This document shows, piece after piece, positions 34,164-64,000 of a stretch of 64,000 nucleotides of DNA (position 1 is the first letter of the stretch; each line of letters opens with the position of its first letter). Made by a program: the position numbers and the translations under genes. Source of the DNA: Paraspadella gotoi (Eukaryota > Animalia > Chaetognatha); NCBI GenBank assembly GCA_051294375.1, contig CM119268.1, forward strand, positions 22,509,996-22,573,995. The letters run 5' to 3'. The notes under the pieces were generated by a model. The model had not been told where the DNA came from. It ran no database searches and saw only the letters and a list, made by a program, of their open reading frames with translations.

Positions 34164-36012
34164 NNNNNNNNNNNNNNNNNNNNNNNNNCTGCAGTCCCAG
34201 GAGACGAATTTCTCTGTCCCATGTTAAAGAGGACGACGATGATGAAGACGATGATGAAGACGACGAAGACGACGACGACGACTTTGTTCGTCGGTTTTCG
34301 ACTTTTCCTTTTTTTAGTTCATCTTCTTTCCTTTTTTTTTTCTCTCCGATTCATAAAATTAAGTTTCTTTTTCCTTTTTCTCGTTTTATTTTCCCTGAGA
34401 AAAAATAAAAGAGGAAAATAAAAATCGAGGAATGAGACGAAAGGAAATCCGGGGAGGATCGATCATGGCGGAGGAGGACGACGACGACGACGACGACGAC
34501 GACGGTGGTTGATTAAGTTCCGAAAGAAATTAATCACGTTTTAATCTCGAATCCCAAAGGAGGACGAGAAAACAAAACCATAATTCTGTCGTCGTCGTTG
34601 TTGTTGTCGTCGTCATCGTCGATCTTAAGATGCGAGTTCGATGGATGAGTTCGCCTCGAACCCGGGGCATTTGGGCCGTAAAGGGTGGAAAGCAGGAGAA
34701 CGAGGGAGAGAACGAAAAAAAGACGGCATCGGATAATTTTACATTCAAATATCCTATGAAAATTGTAAAATTATTGGTTTTATATATAAAGTTAAATATA
34801 TTATAATCCATATGTAATATGTAATGTATGACACGTGATTAGATTTATTTAAAAAAAGATTTTCCATGAAATTTTAATAATTTTCATGAGCGTTCGAAGC
34901 CAACGCTCGATATACAGGTATACAGATATACAGATTCAAATACACAGATATGAAATTGGGAAATTCTATGATTTTTTTCGGCGACCGAAGGTTTAATACT
35001 TAATCCTGAATCGAAACATGAAATTCATGATTCTGTTCCAACTAAATTCGCAGGAAAAAAAGACATTTCTTGTTTCTGATCTCTTGGCCCGATGAAGAGG
35101 GGAGAGAAAGAAAGAAAAAAGAGAGAAAATAAAAAGAAAGATAGAAAGAAAAAACGACAAATAAAAGAAAAAAGGAAAAGAAATAAGGAAAAGAAGAGAA
35201 AAAGATATAGAAAGAAAGAAGGAAAGTCAGAAAGAACAAAAAGAAAAGAAAAAGAAAAAGAAGTGAGAAAAAAGAACCGCAAAGCATCTTTGGTGGATTT
35301 TTATGGGCGGATGATCTGAGGCGGCCACCCGGCCATTCGGCCCCGGTCCCTGCGGCCATCGGGCCATTAGTCCATTGGGCAAAAAAAGAAAACTTAAACG
35401 ACATGATTCAGTTCATGATTCAGACTTAAACGACATGTTGAGTTAGAGTAGAAATTCGGAACCAAAATTTTTAGCCAAAAAGTTTTTTTTTTAAATTTTG
35501 AATGAGACGAAAAAATAAGTTCGAAGCTATCAGCAAATTCATCTTATGACAGATTTTCCTCTTCTATTCTATTCCTTGCGCTTCGGATAACGACAAAGTC
35601 TAAGCGTTGCTTAAACGGTCCGGGCTACCAGGGGACTGGTAAGGTTGGGGACCACTGGGCTGTGATTGTGGACTCCGGGTAGTGGTAGGGGTAGCCCCAC
35701 TCAATGGGGTGAGTCAAAAATTTAGAGTGAGTACATGCTCAAACGAAAATTTATACATTTTTAAGTATACTTTCAATGGACAAACGATTTTTTATATGGC
35801 TCTATACCCTAGTAATTATTTTTTCCTATTTATTTATAGATAGGAAAGGCCAAATTTTTTTGGGAAAAAATTTCAAATGTTAAGACCAGATTCAGATAGC
35901 TCATAAAAAGTTATCTACACAAATATTTTTTTATATAGTAAAATAATAATTTTAATTAGGCTAGTGCCCACAGAAGAAAGCATTTTTGACAAAAAATATT
36001 TTATTTCTATAA

Positions 36013-36049
36013 TCTGGAGGCGTGGGTTCGAATCCCACCACTGCCACCA
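36013..36049 (+). pseudogene. 3' fragment of tRNA-Leu ending in CCA
   Basis: tctggaggcgtgggttcgaatcccaccactgcca-cca matches the variable arm/T arm/acceptor 3' strand of metazoan tRNA-Leu(NAG); no 5' half upstream. Confidence 0.75.
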
Positions 36050-38402
36050 CATTTAAGTAAGTGGAGAGAGATTTCAACATGAAACCAAAGTAGATTTTAT
36101 TCTGAGAAATATAACAAGCGAAGAACGGTGTGAGACAGAATGAAATCAATACAAAAACGTTTCCTATTTATACAGGGCAACCGGATCAACGACGTGGGCT
36201 TCTTTTCCCGATGGCATGAAGCCCCTCTTCTCATTGGTCAGGTTCCGATGGTGATTCATCCAATCATCGAGTCCTTGGTTGAAATCACCCGAGTCGCCGA
36301 TCTGATTCAATTTCGATTCGATTCCGTTCCTTCGATGATCTATTCTCAATGCTCATGATAGATTATTTTAACGCTGTATATATTGGCATTTAAATTTCAT
36401 CGGCTATGGCTAGTAGTGGGCAGTGGTTATTAAGAGAACGGATAATCGGATGTGCATGTTACCCCATCCCACTTCTAACTGTTAGCAGCACTTATGGCGA
36501 CGGAGGAAGCAGAGGCTCTTCTCGGCCCAAGGATTCGGGTTCGCTCCCAGCAGATTCACACGAGAAAGGGGAATGGGACGTCAAACCCTCCAGTCCTAAT
36601 TGATCCTAATTCCTGAAACTAAACTGCAACACGCAGTATACTGCTCTCTCGTGCTCAGTGCTCACAGCATCGTCATTTAAAATTTGATGTAAAAGTCGTA
36701 ACGATTCGATATCACAAATATATTTAAAGATTCTACTTTTAATAACCATGTACTCATTATACATTATACATAGACTATTAGTCGAGACATCGAATCAATG
36801 TGCCGTAGGGAGTCCAATGTCCTTGCTGTGAAGCATGATTATAACTTCTCTGATGCGGGTCTTCCCGTTTGATCAAAGATCACTGGTAAATAATTGACCA
36901 AGTATGTAGACTGTATTGTAGAGCTTATAAAAAAAATTAAATTGAACGAATATTTCAAAAAAACGAGAATTTTTATGAAGTTTTGTCAAACGAAGTCAAA
37001 AAGTTTATGCGGAATAACAGTTAAAAAATTGAATTTAACTAAATTCGAAGTTCGACGAAAAGTCGTGGCTAAAGAACTTGGTTCGGCGTTCGGAGCCATT
37101 CCACGATCGCCATGGCAACCGAAGAAGCGGCTGATCCAAATCCGCAGTTGAGACTAGGCTCGTCTCGAATTATTCCAATCCAATGTCATGGTTAATTCGA
37201 AAATAAGGTTTGAAGAGGTTTGCTTTACTAAAACCGGATGCTGACTCAAAAGAAGAGCAAATTTAAAGTTGCAGGTTACAGGGAGAATCTGCAAAAATCT
37301 GGCTTCTTCTTAGCTCCAAGTCTCGACTTTAAATTCTAACTTTTCCACAACTTTTGTCCCAGGATCTCGATCTGGTTCCGAAATTTAAGTCCGCCTCTGA
37401 ATCTGTTGTGACTAAAAAGCTATCGAAAAGTAAAAAAGTTTAATGTTATAATAAGGTGTATTGATTAAAGGTTCGACACAAACAAGGCGACAGGTTTCAT
37501 CGAAACAGAAAATTTAAAAAAAAAATGGGTTAACAATTTTTTGACAAAATCCTCGTGCCATTTAGTAACAAAGTTTCAAAGATAATTTTTTTTTCTCTCT
37601 ATTTTTTGCGTTGTTTTCTTTAGCATGACTGAAAAGGGTTTTTAATCACTCGTTTTAAATAAACGAATCATAATTTAATAAAAATTAACTGCTTTAATTC
37701 ACCCCCCCACCGGAAAAAAATTATCACGATTTGAGGCGAGAATAAACTAGGAAAATACTTATAAATGAAAATCGTTTCTTCCAACATGGCTAAAACAAAT
37801 AAAAACGAAGCGTGACTTAGTGATAATGTATAAGAATTAAGACGATGATAAGCAACGAATGATTAAGTGTAAAGTGTCATCGCGTTTCGACTTCCGCTTA
37901 GAAACAACTTCTCAAAAGGCCGATACATTCGATATATTATTATTTTCGCTATAAAAAAAAAAGGATTAGCAATGTACCAAATTATCAACTAAAAATTATT
38001 GAAAAAAAAAAAAATAAAACGCCAACAGGAAAAAAAAAAGGCGGTTCGCGCGAGAGCGAATAGGAGAGAGAGAAAAATGCCGAAAGCAAATTTTTTTTTA
38101 AAATTGCTTTTAATACTCGATTAAAAATAAAAAGTGTTAGCAAAAAAAAAATTGTTTCAAATTCAAAAAAATATTTCTATCAAAACGTTGATCGAGAGAG
38201 ATAAGAAAAAAAAAGATAGAAACCAAGCAATACGCAAGCAAAAGGCAAGCGTCGCAGAGGGGGGGAGGCATTCACTCACGCAAAGATAAATTTATCACAA
38301 TCGTTTTTTTTTTCATCCCACAGAAAACCCGCAACGAAGGTTTTCCATCTCTACCCCTCCCCCCTCCCTTCCAAAATCATCTGTTCCCCATTTCCCATCT
38401 CT

Positions 38403-55214
<16,812 letters not shown>

Positions 55215-56139
55215 CGCAGTCGTTTGATTGCGACGGGTGGGAGAGAAAGGGGGAAGGAGGGGGTTGAAGGATCAAGAGGCTTGTCGCTTTATTGTCTTTC
55301 CGAGATTCGAGTCTTTGATTGTCAACGAAGGGAAGAATTGCGGTCAGTGTTACACGAAAGGAACTCGAAAAATGCTACTGTTCTGGATACTTCCCAATCC
55401 AGGGCGTAGTTAAAAGCTTCATCGAGAGTCTCACGCAGACGATGGGCCCCGCTGACCGAACGGGCCGTATTGAATAATAAGTGGTCGTCAGGACTTTACA
55501 CTCCGAAATTCTGCCTTGGTTTTATGCGGCACTGTAAATACGAATTACGTGAAAATAATCATTACAAATAAACAAAAATAAACAAGAATAAACGGACTAA
55601 TAACTTATAACTAATAACGGTCGCCGGTTCGAAACGGCGTTCGAGATGCCAATGAAACGTCATTGAGATGGCATTTCATCGTCATAGAGACGACAATAAC
55701 GTGACGGTATCGGTTCAAAGTTGCCGACGATTGTCAAATAGCAAGTGGAGAAAAATCTTTGCAGCTGCCTGAGAAGAAAAATGGGCGTGGCTGAGTTTTT
55801 TTCCGGATCCTGGTCCAACTCGTCGACGTTAAATGGTCTCAAGTTCGAATCCGCCCTTTAAGGTTCTGCGCGGTTCTTGGTTTTAAACGAAGAAAACAAA
55901 GTGAAGTGTCTTTTGTTCCGCAGATAGAATCGGCATTGATCGTTTACTAATCCCAATACAATTAAAATTAAAAGTAATACCGATAACGGCGTAAAAGGAA
56001 GCGACATAATATCTTTTTTTTTAAATTAACGTAACCCCGCCGTATTCTCTCCCGCCCCCCATCTCCCCCCCTTCTTCGACGAGTAAACACGAGGCGGCGG
56101 GACGAGACAGAAGTTGATTCACGTTCTCTCTCTCTCACT

Positions 56140-56571
56140 CACCCTTTCTTAGTCTTAGAAGACTTGACGGGATAGAGACAGAGTCGATGCACAAAAGAGC
56201 ATCGAGAGGGAGACGAGACATTCCGGGCCGACGGAAAAGCAAGGCCCTTAGCAACGGGCAAGCCGTACAACCGGGGCCTACAGTCGAACAAAAATTTGAA
56301 ACCTAAGGGTGCTCGCAAAACCCGTCGTCGGTTCGTTAAAAGCGACGCTCGCTGAATCGGTTTAACGAAAACGGACGGAACGAGAAAATATATATAAGTT
56401 TTATCGGACCTGGGAAAAAGTTTTGGACACAAGAGGGAGAGAGAGAGAGAAACATCATCGGGGAATCGCGTGCCGAAGCCGCGTCCAGACTATGGGGACA
56501 CGAAAAACCTTATAGAATTAGAATTATAACTTTATTTTAAATGAATATAAACAAAAGTTGATAACAAGAAA
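56140..56571. promoter_or_regulatory. Probable bidirectional promoter region CKAP5/OSCP1
   Basis: Divergent ATGs at 55214 (-) and 56572 (+); minus-strand donor gtgagt near 56140 suggests a non-coding CKAP5 exon; CpG-rich. Confidence 0.5.
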
Positions 56572-59500
56572 ATGTCCCTCAAAGCCGTTCCTTTGCTGTA
56601 CCTTAATTTGGGAGGGGAAATGCTTTACATTTTGGATCAACGACTCAGAGCGCAGAACATCCCGCAGGTCGGTCACATTGCATCGTCGCCGACGGTGGAC
56701 TGGGACAGGAATTTATTTGGGATTTGGGTTAGAGTCAAAAGGGGTCTGTAATAATTAAAAATTAATCACCAAAAATTTTGACAACTAAAAAGCTCTTTCA
56801 TCGTAGCATTTATTCTTGCTCTTCTTTTGGCTTAGGAATTGTCATAAACGCCTATTGAGTCTTGTTCTATTATTCAGGACAAATCGAAACGAGTCCTTCA
56901 CGACATCCTGTGCCACATGTTGGCCAAACCCTTCGTGGTGGAACTGTTTAAGCCCCAAGAGATCTACTCTAAAAAGGCCATGCGTACCGTTTTCGATCAC
57001 CTGGCGCATTCCTCGATCATGAGGCTCAACACAGGTAATAAATGCTAAGTTTTCTTTACTTGTTGAAAAATATTTGTTGAAATGAATTTTTATATTATGA
57101 ACGTTTGGTTTGAAGAAGTAAAGGTCATTAGAGTTGCGGATTACAGATTACGGATTACAGATCCACAGTAGTCTTGATGTCGCACTTTAGTCCACACTGC
57201 TCAAACCCACCGCCCCCCCAGCGTCAATGGACAAGTTGTTCGACCTGATGACGATGGCAGTCAAGTATCAACTCTCGATGGCAAAAAGACCCAAGGAGAT
57301 GCTCCTCATCACCCTCAATCACTTCGACACTGTCTACGAGTTCGTTAGAGACAACGCCTCTTGTCGCGCCCTCATGGAGGAATTTTATCAACTGTTCACT
57401 GTGGTGAGTGAGGATTGATCAAAGTATTTGTTGATAATGTTAAGTAGTAATGAATTAATAACTAATCGCAGACTTACGGCACCATGTCCCCGGGAGAGCT
57501 GCAGTTCATCAGATACACCCTCCTCAACTTCTTTCAAGACATGCACATTCGCGTCTCGATATTTCTGAAGGACAGGTCAGACTTTCGGCTATATTCTATT
57601 ATGTTCTTTTAGAAGAGTTGATTTCCTTTTTCTAGTTCATTTTTATGCTTCAATTATCAACATCAAGTTTATTTTTTGGTCCCTTGATTAAAAGAAAAAC
57701 CTTGAGCTGAGGTTCCCTCGTTCATTTTCCTTAACTTCTTTTTAATTCTTTGCTATCAAGAGTCCAAAGTCAAGACGGATTCTTCATTTACGAAAAGGGA
57801 GGATCGGTGCCTCATGATACGGAAATACCAGGAACGATTAGGTGAGTTTCCTTGGAAATATCAAAATTTAATGAGTAAATATTAATATTATAAAATATGC
57901 ATATTATTGGACCAGTATTGATTGATGAGCGACTCTCAACGATTTCCAAATAAAATATTCAATTGAGAAATCGATGTTCGACTTCTTTCAACCTTTCGAT
58001 TTCTTTTTTTTTCTATTTTGTTCTATTTATAACTTTCTCAACTCTTTTATAATTCTGGAAAAACTCTGCTAATCTTTTTTGCGCCGAATAAATAAATTCA
58101 GGCGGGAAAAAGAAACGCGATCCAGTGTTTTCGTTTTCGTTTGATCGATGGGAAGGAAAAAAAAAAGGAGCAACGTTTAGGAAAATGATCCTTTCTTCAT
58201 GGCCTCTGGGCTAAAGAGGAGGATGATTAGAAAGTCCATAGAAGATATCAAGACTCAAGAGGCAGTCAAATCCGTTACAGAAGAAGTCCCCCCCTCTAAA
58301 AATTTTAGCACAAAAAAGTATATAATAACTTCCCATAATTTATTAAATGGATCCTCGCAATATCCCAACAATTTTCTCCCTCCGATTGTCATCTTTCAAA
58401 CAGAGTGTATGGGTCGGATGGAACGCCGTCCAAGATGGAGACATTCAGCCCAGGGGAGATCTATCAGTTGTCGGAACCAGAGGGATCGGACGACCGGTTC
58501 GGGGCGAGGGGCACCACTCTCGGCAACAACATGTAAGGCTCATGAGTTAGAAGAGTTAAGTTGAATAGTCTTCTCAAAAAAAGAAAAGAAAAAAGGATAA
58601 GAAATAATATTGACTAATTGAGTAAGCAATGGCAAAAACCATGACAAAAGTACAATGTAGTAGCTATCAAACCTCTCTCAAACCAAGACCAAGGAATCAT
58701 ATCTCCCTCCCCTCCTTTCCTCAAGGTACGCCGGAAAAGCGCAAGCCGCCTCCAACGCCCTCCAAACCTCGTCCACCAGCGCCTCCTCGACGGGAGTCGG
58801 AGGCTCGAGGATCTCCAAATCCGCCGCCAGCAAAATCTACCCGTCAAAGTCTGAATCCGGTAGGAGAGAGGAGTTTGACTGGATAGGATGGAAAAGAGGG
58901 TTAAGGAGAGGGCGGAGGAGAAGGCGGTTGGAAGAGATCGACAAAGGGGAGAGAGGGAAGGGTGGAAGTAATCGGAGATTAAAGAAAATAAACAGCTTCG
59001 AGGGACAAAAGAAAAACAAAGGCAGTTTTGGAAACTTCAAGGAAAAAGAGGCCAAGGTGCTTTAACTTCGGTTTGAATCGATGGAAAAATCATGTGATCA
59101 AATCATTGAGTAATGAGTAGGGATGTCAAATGGGTATTCTTTCAATGAGTACGAAACATTTTTATAACGCATTGACGTAGGTGGAGTGAAGGTGGGGTCC
59201 AACCCTCTCGCCGAGACGGAACTCCGGCTTCTGTCCACGTTGATCGGAGCGGCGCCGGCGAAAAAGGGGAAAGGAACCAAAGTGCAAGAGGCCGAGTTCA
59301 AGCTGAATCTCTTCAACGACGCCCACGAGGAGCAAGAGTATCAAGAGAGGTAAAGGACAAGAGGATAAGTCATAGGATGTCGGGCAATGATGGAGGATCG
59401 ATATTAAGAGTTGGGAGACAAGGTGCTAATTGTTTGTGGCAATGAAAATGGATTGATATAAAGAGATGCGTAGCAGTATTGAACAAATGAGTCACTCAAC

Positions 59501-59937
59501 TTTAGAAATAAATTGATTAAAACAGGATTTGTGAGATGGGGAAATTTTGGAGAAAAGAAATCGCGATCAGACCTACGCCATTGATCTCTCGCATCGAGTC
59601 ATACTTTTCTTTTGCATAGTTATTGTGTCTATTTAGTTTATTGTGTGTTATGTATGTTATTGTTAACCTTTTGCGCATAATCAATCTATTTTCACGGATC
59701 CCAGGCAAAGCGGAGACGGCCTGGTCTCCCGCACGATCAGCATAGACGCAGCTTCGTCGGACAAAAGAAGAACGAGAAACTCGCGAAAATCATGACCGAC
59801 TTGAGTTTGACGACAACGACGACGACTACGACGACAGGAAGGGATCGAGACGAGGATCGGGAAAGGGGTCGAGGATCAAAGGGTCGAGGGTCAAGGACAA
59901 AGGCGAAGATCTGCTCGACCTCATGGATCAGCTCTGA
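56572..59937 (+). CDS. OSCP1: OSCP1 (organic solute carrier partner 1)
   Basis: MSLKAVPLLYLNLGGEMLYILDQRLRAQNIP; ELFKPQEIYSKKAMRTVFDHLAHSSIMRLN; SMDKLFDLMTMAVKYQ; LLNFFQDMHIRVSIFLKD; RGTTLGNNMY; C-terminal KGEDLLDLMDQL*. Confidence 0.95.
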
Positions 59938-61094
59938 CAATCAAAAAGAGAAGGAGAAGGGAAGGTGTTCTTTGTGTCGAGTTCCGTCGATTGGGGGGGA
60001 AGAAGACAGATGGAAAGTGAGAGACTAGTTTCGTTTAAACGTTCTTTTAAATTCTGAATGTGATCTTTTTTTCTTAGAAACAAAATCTAGTGACAATTAT
60101 TTTTTTTCATTTCACCGCGAAACAAACAACACCGCTTTCACCAAAACAAAAACCGTGAAAGGTAGAAAATTGTGGGTTACTTATTCCCTCGTACCAGTCA
60201 CATTTCCCTCCTTTTCGTTTTCGTTTTTTTAGAGAAGCGCACTTATACATTCGACGATACGATTATCAAGCTCGTTAATAACATTAGCTATGTCGTTAAT
60301 ATTAAAACTGTTAATGGGGAAGTGCCTCAACCAATAGGCTTAGTTTTATTTACTTCTTATTATTGCGACTTCAGTTTTTTTTTTTTATGAGATGGTTAAA
60401 CACGTTGCATATCGGCTTCTAACATCGTCATTAGTCAGAGACCAACTGTTTTTTTGCACGTTTATTTCTTTTCTTCCCGAATGCTGAATCTGAGAAATAT
60501 TCAAAAAAAAAATATCTGTCAACTCAAAATAAAAATCGTATCTGCGAGGTTTACTGCAAAACTAAATCGTGGCATTTGCTTAGTGTTTCTTTAAGAGTAA
60601 TTGGCATTAGGAAGACAATACATTTGTATGTACTTGCCAGCTAGCTTTTTTTACTGCGTAAAAAGGACTTGGTGAGTGAAAATATGAGTCGCCTTGTTAT
60701 TTTCTACATAAGGCATGCCTAAAAATTTTCATTGATTAAAAAACATTTTAACAATAATCACGATGTTGATGTTCATGATGACGATGATGATGATGATGAC
60801 GATAATAAAAAGCAAGAAGCCTAAAGGGAAAAGGAAGGCGAAAAAGATGGGAAGAGGCGGAGGATAAAGGGAGAAGATTTTTCCGCGATTCACGTTGCGA
60901 GAATTTTTGACGTTAAGAGTTAAAATAAAAGAAAAACTCAAGAAAAAACTAAGCGTTGCATTTAATTTCGGAGTTAAAAGATGGAGGAGGAATCAGAAGA
61001 AACTGAGAAACTAAAAAACACAAGTCACGTGCGCGCGTCACAAAGGAAGAAAACTTGCGACAACAAAAANNNNNNNNNNNNNNNNNNNNNNNNN

Positions 61095-64000
61095 CTAAGT
61101 ATCTAAGGGTTTGATCATCGAATGGGTCTGAAGACTGTTGGACGAAGATCAGTGATGGATGATTAACCAGCGATAATAGCACGTTTTGCGATTTTGAGAT
61201 GAACGTTCTTTTCTTAAAAAATGTATTCTGAATACGTATATTCTATGTTTTACAACCACATTTGATGTAAGTTTCAACAGAAGTGTATCATGAACAAATA
61301 CACCGATTAAAAATTTCAGTGTAAATTAATTTAAAAATCTTTCCAAAAAAAAAAGGACGACTTTCATCAGTCATGACCCATCCTATTCCCCCAACCTTCC
61401 TCCCCGCCTACAAGACCTCTGACCTTCTCATAGAAATCCTTGGGGAGTTGGCGATAATGTCGACGGGATCGAGAAGGTCTGTAGGGTCGACTTCTTCGGC
61501 GACGGCCACTTCGCCGTTCCCGATCCTTCGTCGCCCTCTGCGCCCTCCGTCGCCGCCGCCGCCGCCTGAGAGAAGGAAAGAAACAAATGAACACAATGAA
61601 CAAATTTATGAGGAACTGTACGGAACGAATCTTCCCAACGATGGACAAACGACGTCTCCCCATTGGGATCACCTTGGCTTCCATTTGCTCGCGAGATCTT
61701 GCTGCGAACGCATGAATCTCGATTGCGTCGCCGGAGCCGATCAAGTTTCTCAAATTCTGAATCTCAGTTCCTGAGGAAAGAAAGATCATTTATTATCGGG
61801 ATGAGGGATATTTATCTACGTAATCCCTTACTATATCGTTCTCACCTGAAGCTGAACTGGTTGGAGGTCGTTAGTTGCGGTCGAATCGCCTCGCGAACCC
61901 AATGATACATCTCGACCACTAGCTGTTTCGTCTCCTCCCGGACGATCTTTCCGATGATCCAGGAGGAGAGTGTACGTGTTGATCATCGGCTTGATCGGCA
62001 ATCACCTGTCGACGAAGGACGAAGTTGATAGCAGACTCACTCACTCACTTCTTTTCTACTTGTGACCAAAGGCGGCAAGGGTGCCTCTTAACATTACGAC
62101 ACTGCTGTCAACGATAATATATCTTCTCTTCTTCTTCTTCTTCTCTCTCTCTTCTTCTCCTATTCTCTCTCCTCACCTTGTGCCAACCCTCAAGACGTCG
62201 ACGCTGTCAGCAACAATCTTTCTCTCCTCTTCTCTCTCTTCTCTTCCCCTCTCTCTCTCTCTCTCTCCTCACCTTGTGCCCAAAGGCGGCAAGGGCGACC
62301 CTCAGCACTTCGACGCTGCCAGCGACGATCTTGGGTTGTTTATTGGCGAATCCATTGATCAACTCTTCCTGCGCGACTTCGGGTCGATCGATTTCTATAA
62401 TCATCAGGCAAATCTCCAACGCCTTCTCCTTTACTTTGGCTCTGAGGGAAATGGAAGAAGGAAGAATTTACTGCAAATAAACTGAATTGTAAACACGGCT
62501 CTTTTTACAAATATCCCATTCTTTTCCAAAATTCATATAAAAAAATAAACAAAATAAATGGATTGTGAAGTCTTGATGGAAGGCTTTCAACGTTCTGCTA
62601 TTATTATTATTGAATGATTGGATAATTTTAAATTGTAACAATTTTATAAAGGTAAACCATTTCCTTGATGGAAAAAAAAATTCTACATTGTACATATACA
62701 TATACAGTTCCGCCAAAACAATTAATTTGTCCCCACATCCTCATCTCCTACTTCCTCATGGTCCACGTTTCCTCACCACCCCATCTCTCCCCTCCCCAGC
62801 CCCCCCCTCCGCTACCTGGGCGAGTTGAGGCATTTGTTGACGATGCCGGCGACCAACTCGGCGGCGATCTTGACGGCGACTGCGGCGTTCTCCACGAAGG
62901 CCAACGTCGCCTCCATCGCCTTCTCGTGGGCGATGGCGTTGGACTCGACGACGAACTTGCGGACGAGGCCGAGGAACTTTTGGAATTCGGGCGACTTCTC
63001 GTCGTCGATGCGGGCGAAGAGTTTGGCGCACTCTTCGTAGCCGGCCTGACGGGCCTTCCACGCTTTGTGCTGCACCTTCTCGTCCGGGGAAGCTTGAGCC
63101 ATTCCGTGTCGTCGCCCATCGCAGTCGTTTGATTGCGACGGTGTGGAGAGAAGGGGAAGAGGGGGTTGAAGGATCAAGAGGCTTGTCGCTTTATTGTCTT
63201 TCCGAGATTCGAGTCTTTGATTGTCAACGAAGGGAAGAATTACGGATCAGTGTTTAAAATCATCGAGATCACGCAGAACCCTCGAAATAACGTAGGCTCC
63301 GAAATTCTGCCTTGGTTTTATGCGGCACTGTAAATACGAATTACGTGAAAATAATCATTACAAATAAACAAAAATAAACAATAATAACGGACTAATAACT
63401 TATAACTAATAACGGTCGCCGGTTCGAAACGGCGTTCGAGATGCCAATGAAACGTCATTTGAGATGGCATTTCATCGTCATAGAGACGACAATAACGTGA
63501 CGGTTATCGGTTCAAAGTTGCCGACGATTGTCAAATAGCAAGTGGAGAAAAATCTTTGCAGCTGCCTGAGAAGAAAAATGGGCGTGGCTGAGTTTTTTTC
63601 CGGATCCTGGTCCAACTCGTCGACGTTAAATGGTCTCAAGTTCGAATCCGCCCTTTAAGGTTCTGCGCGGTTCTTGGTTTTAAACGAAGAAAACAAAGTG
63701 AAGTGTCTTTTGTTCCGCAGATAGAATCGGCATTGATCGTTTACTAATCCCAATACAATTATAATTAAAAGTAATACCGATAACGGCGTAAAAGGAAGCG
63801 ACATAATATTCTTTTTTTTTAAATTAACGTAACCCCGCCGTATTCTCTCTCCCCTTCTTCGACGAGTAAACACGAGGGCGGCGGGACGAGACAGAAGTTG
63901 ATTCACGTTCTCTCTCTCTCACTCACCCTTCTTAGTCTTAGAAGACTTGACGGATAGAGACAGAGTCGATGCACAAAAGAGCATCGAGAGGGAGACGAGA
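61095..64000 (+). repeat. Direct duplicate of ~53196-56220 (CKAP5 5' exons, minus strand) after an N gap; frameshifted
   Basis: Near-identical sequence with indels; MGDDTEWLKLP at 63119; starts at the gap 61070-61094. Confidence 0.9.

Noticed and set aside
61095-64000. Apparent second CKAP5 gene
   Set aside because: Gap-adjacent near-identical copy with frameshifting indels; likely haplotype or assembly duplicate

Overview
Intron-rich animal (invertebrate-like) genomic DNA from an error-prone assembly: five N gaps, gap-flanking duplications, fold-back inversions and one ~4.3 kb stretch of degraded sequence. Genes, in order: 3' part of a tyrosinase (+); tRNA-Phe; an unidentified minus-strand gene for a probable C-terminally membrane-anchored protein; KATNAL2 (-), whose 3' exons are present twice and 5' exons again as an inverted copy; CKAP5/XMAP215 (-), carrying two antisense nested genes (a Kelch-repeat protein and a rhodopsin-class peptide GPCR); OSCP1 (+), head-to-head with CKAP5; and a second copy of the CKAP5 5' end. 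The most unusual element is a ~1 kb-unit tandem array inside one KATNAL2 intron, built around a CpG-decayed 5S rRNA sequence. Other oddities: repeated tandem duplication of exon ends, a CCA-bearing tRNA-Leu 3' fragment, a recurrent intronic octamer motif, a GC-AG intron and frequent AAG acceptors. Exon boundaries were read by eye and are approximate.
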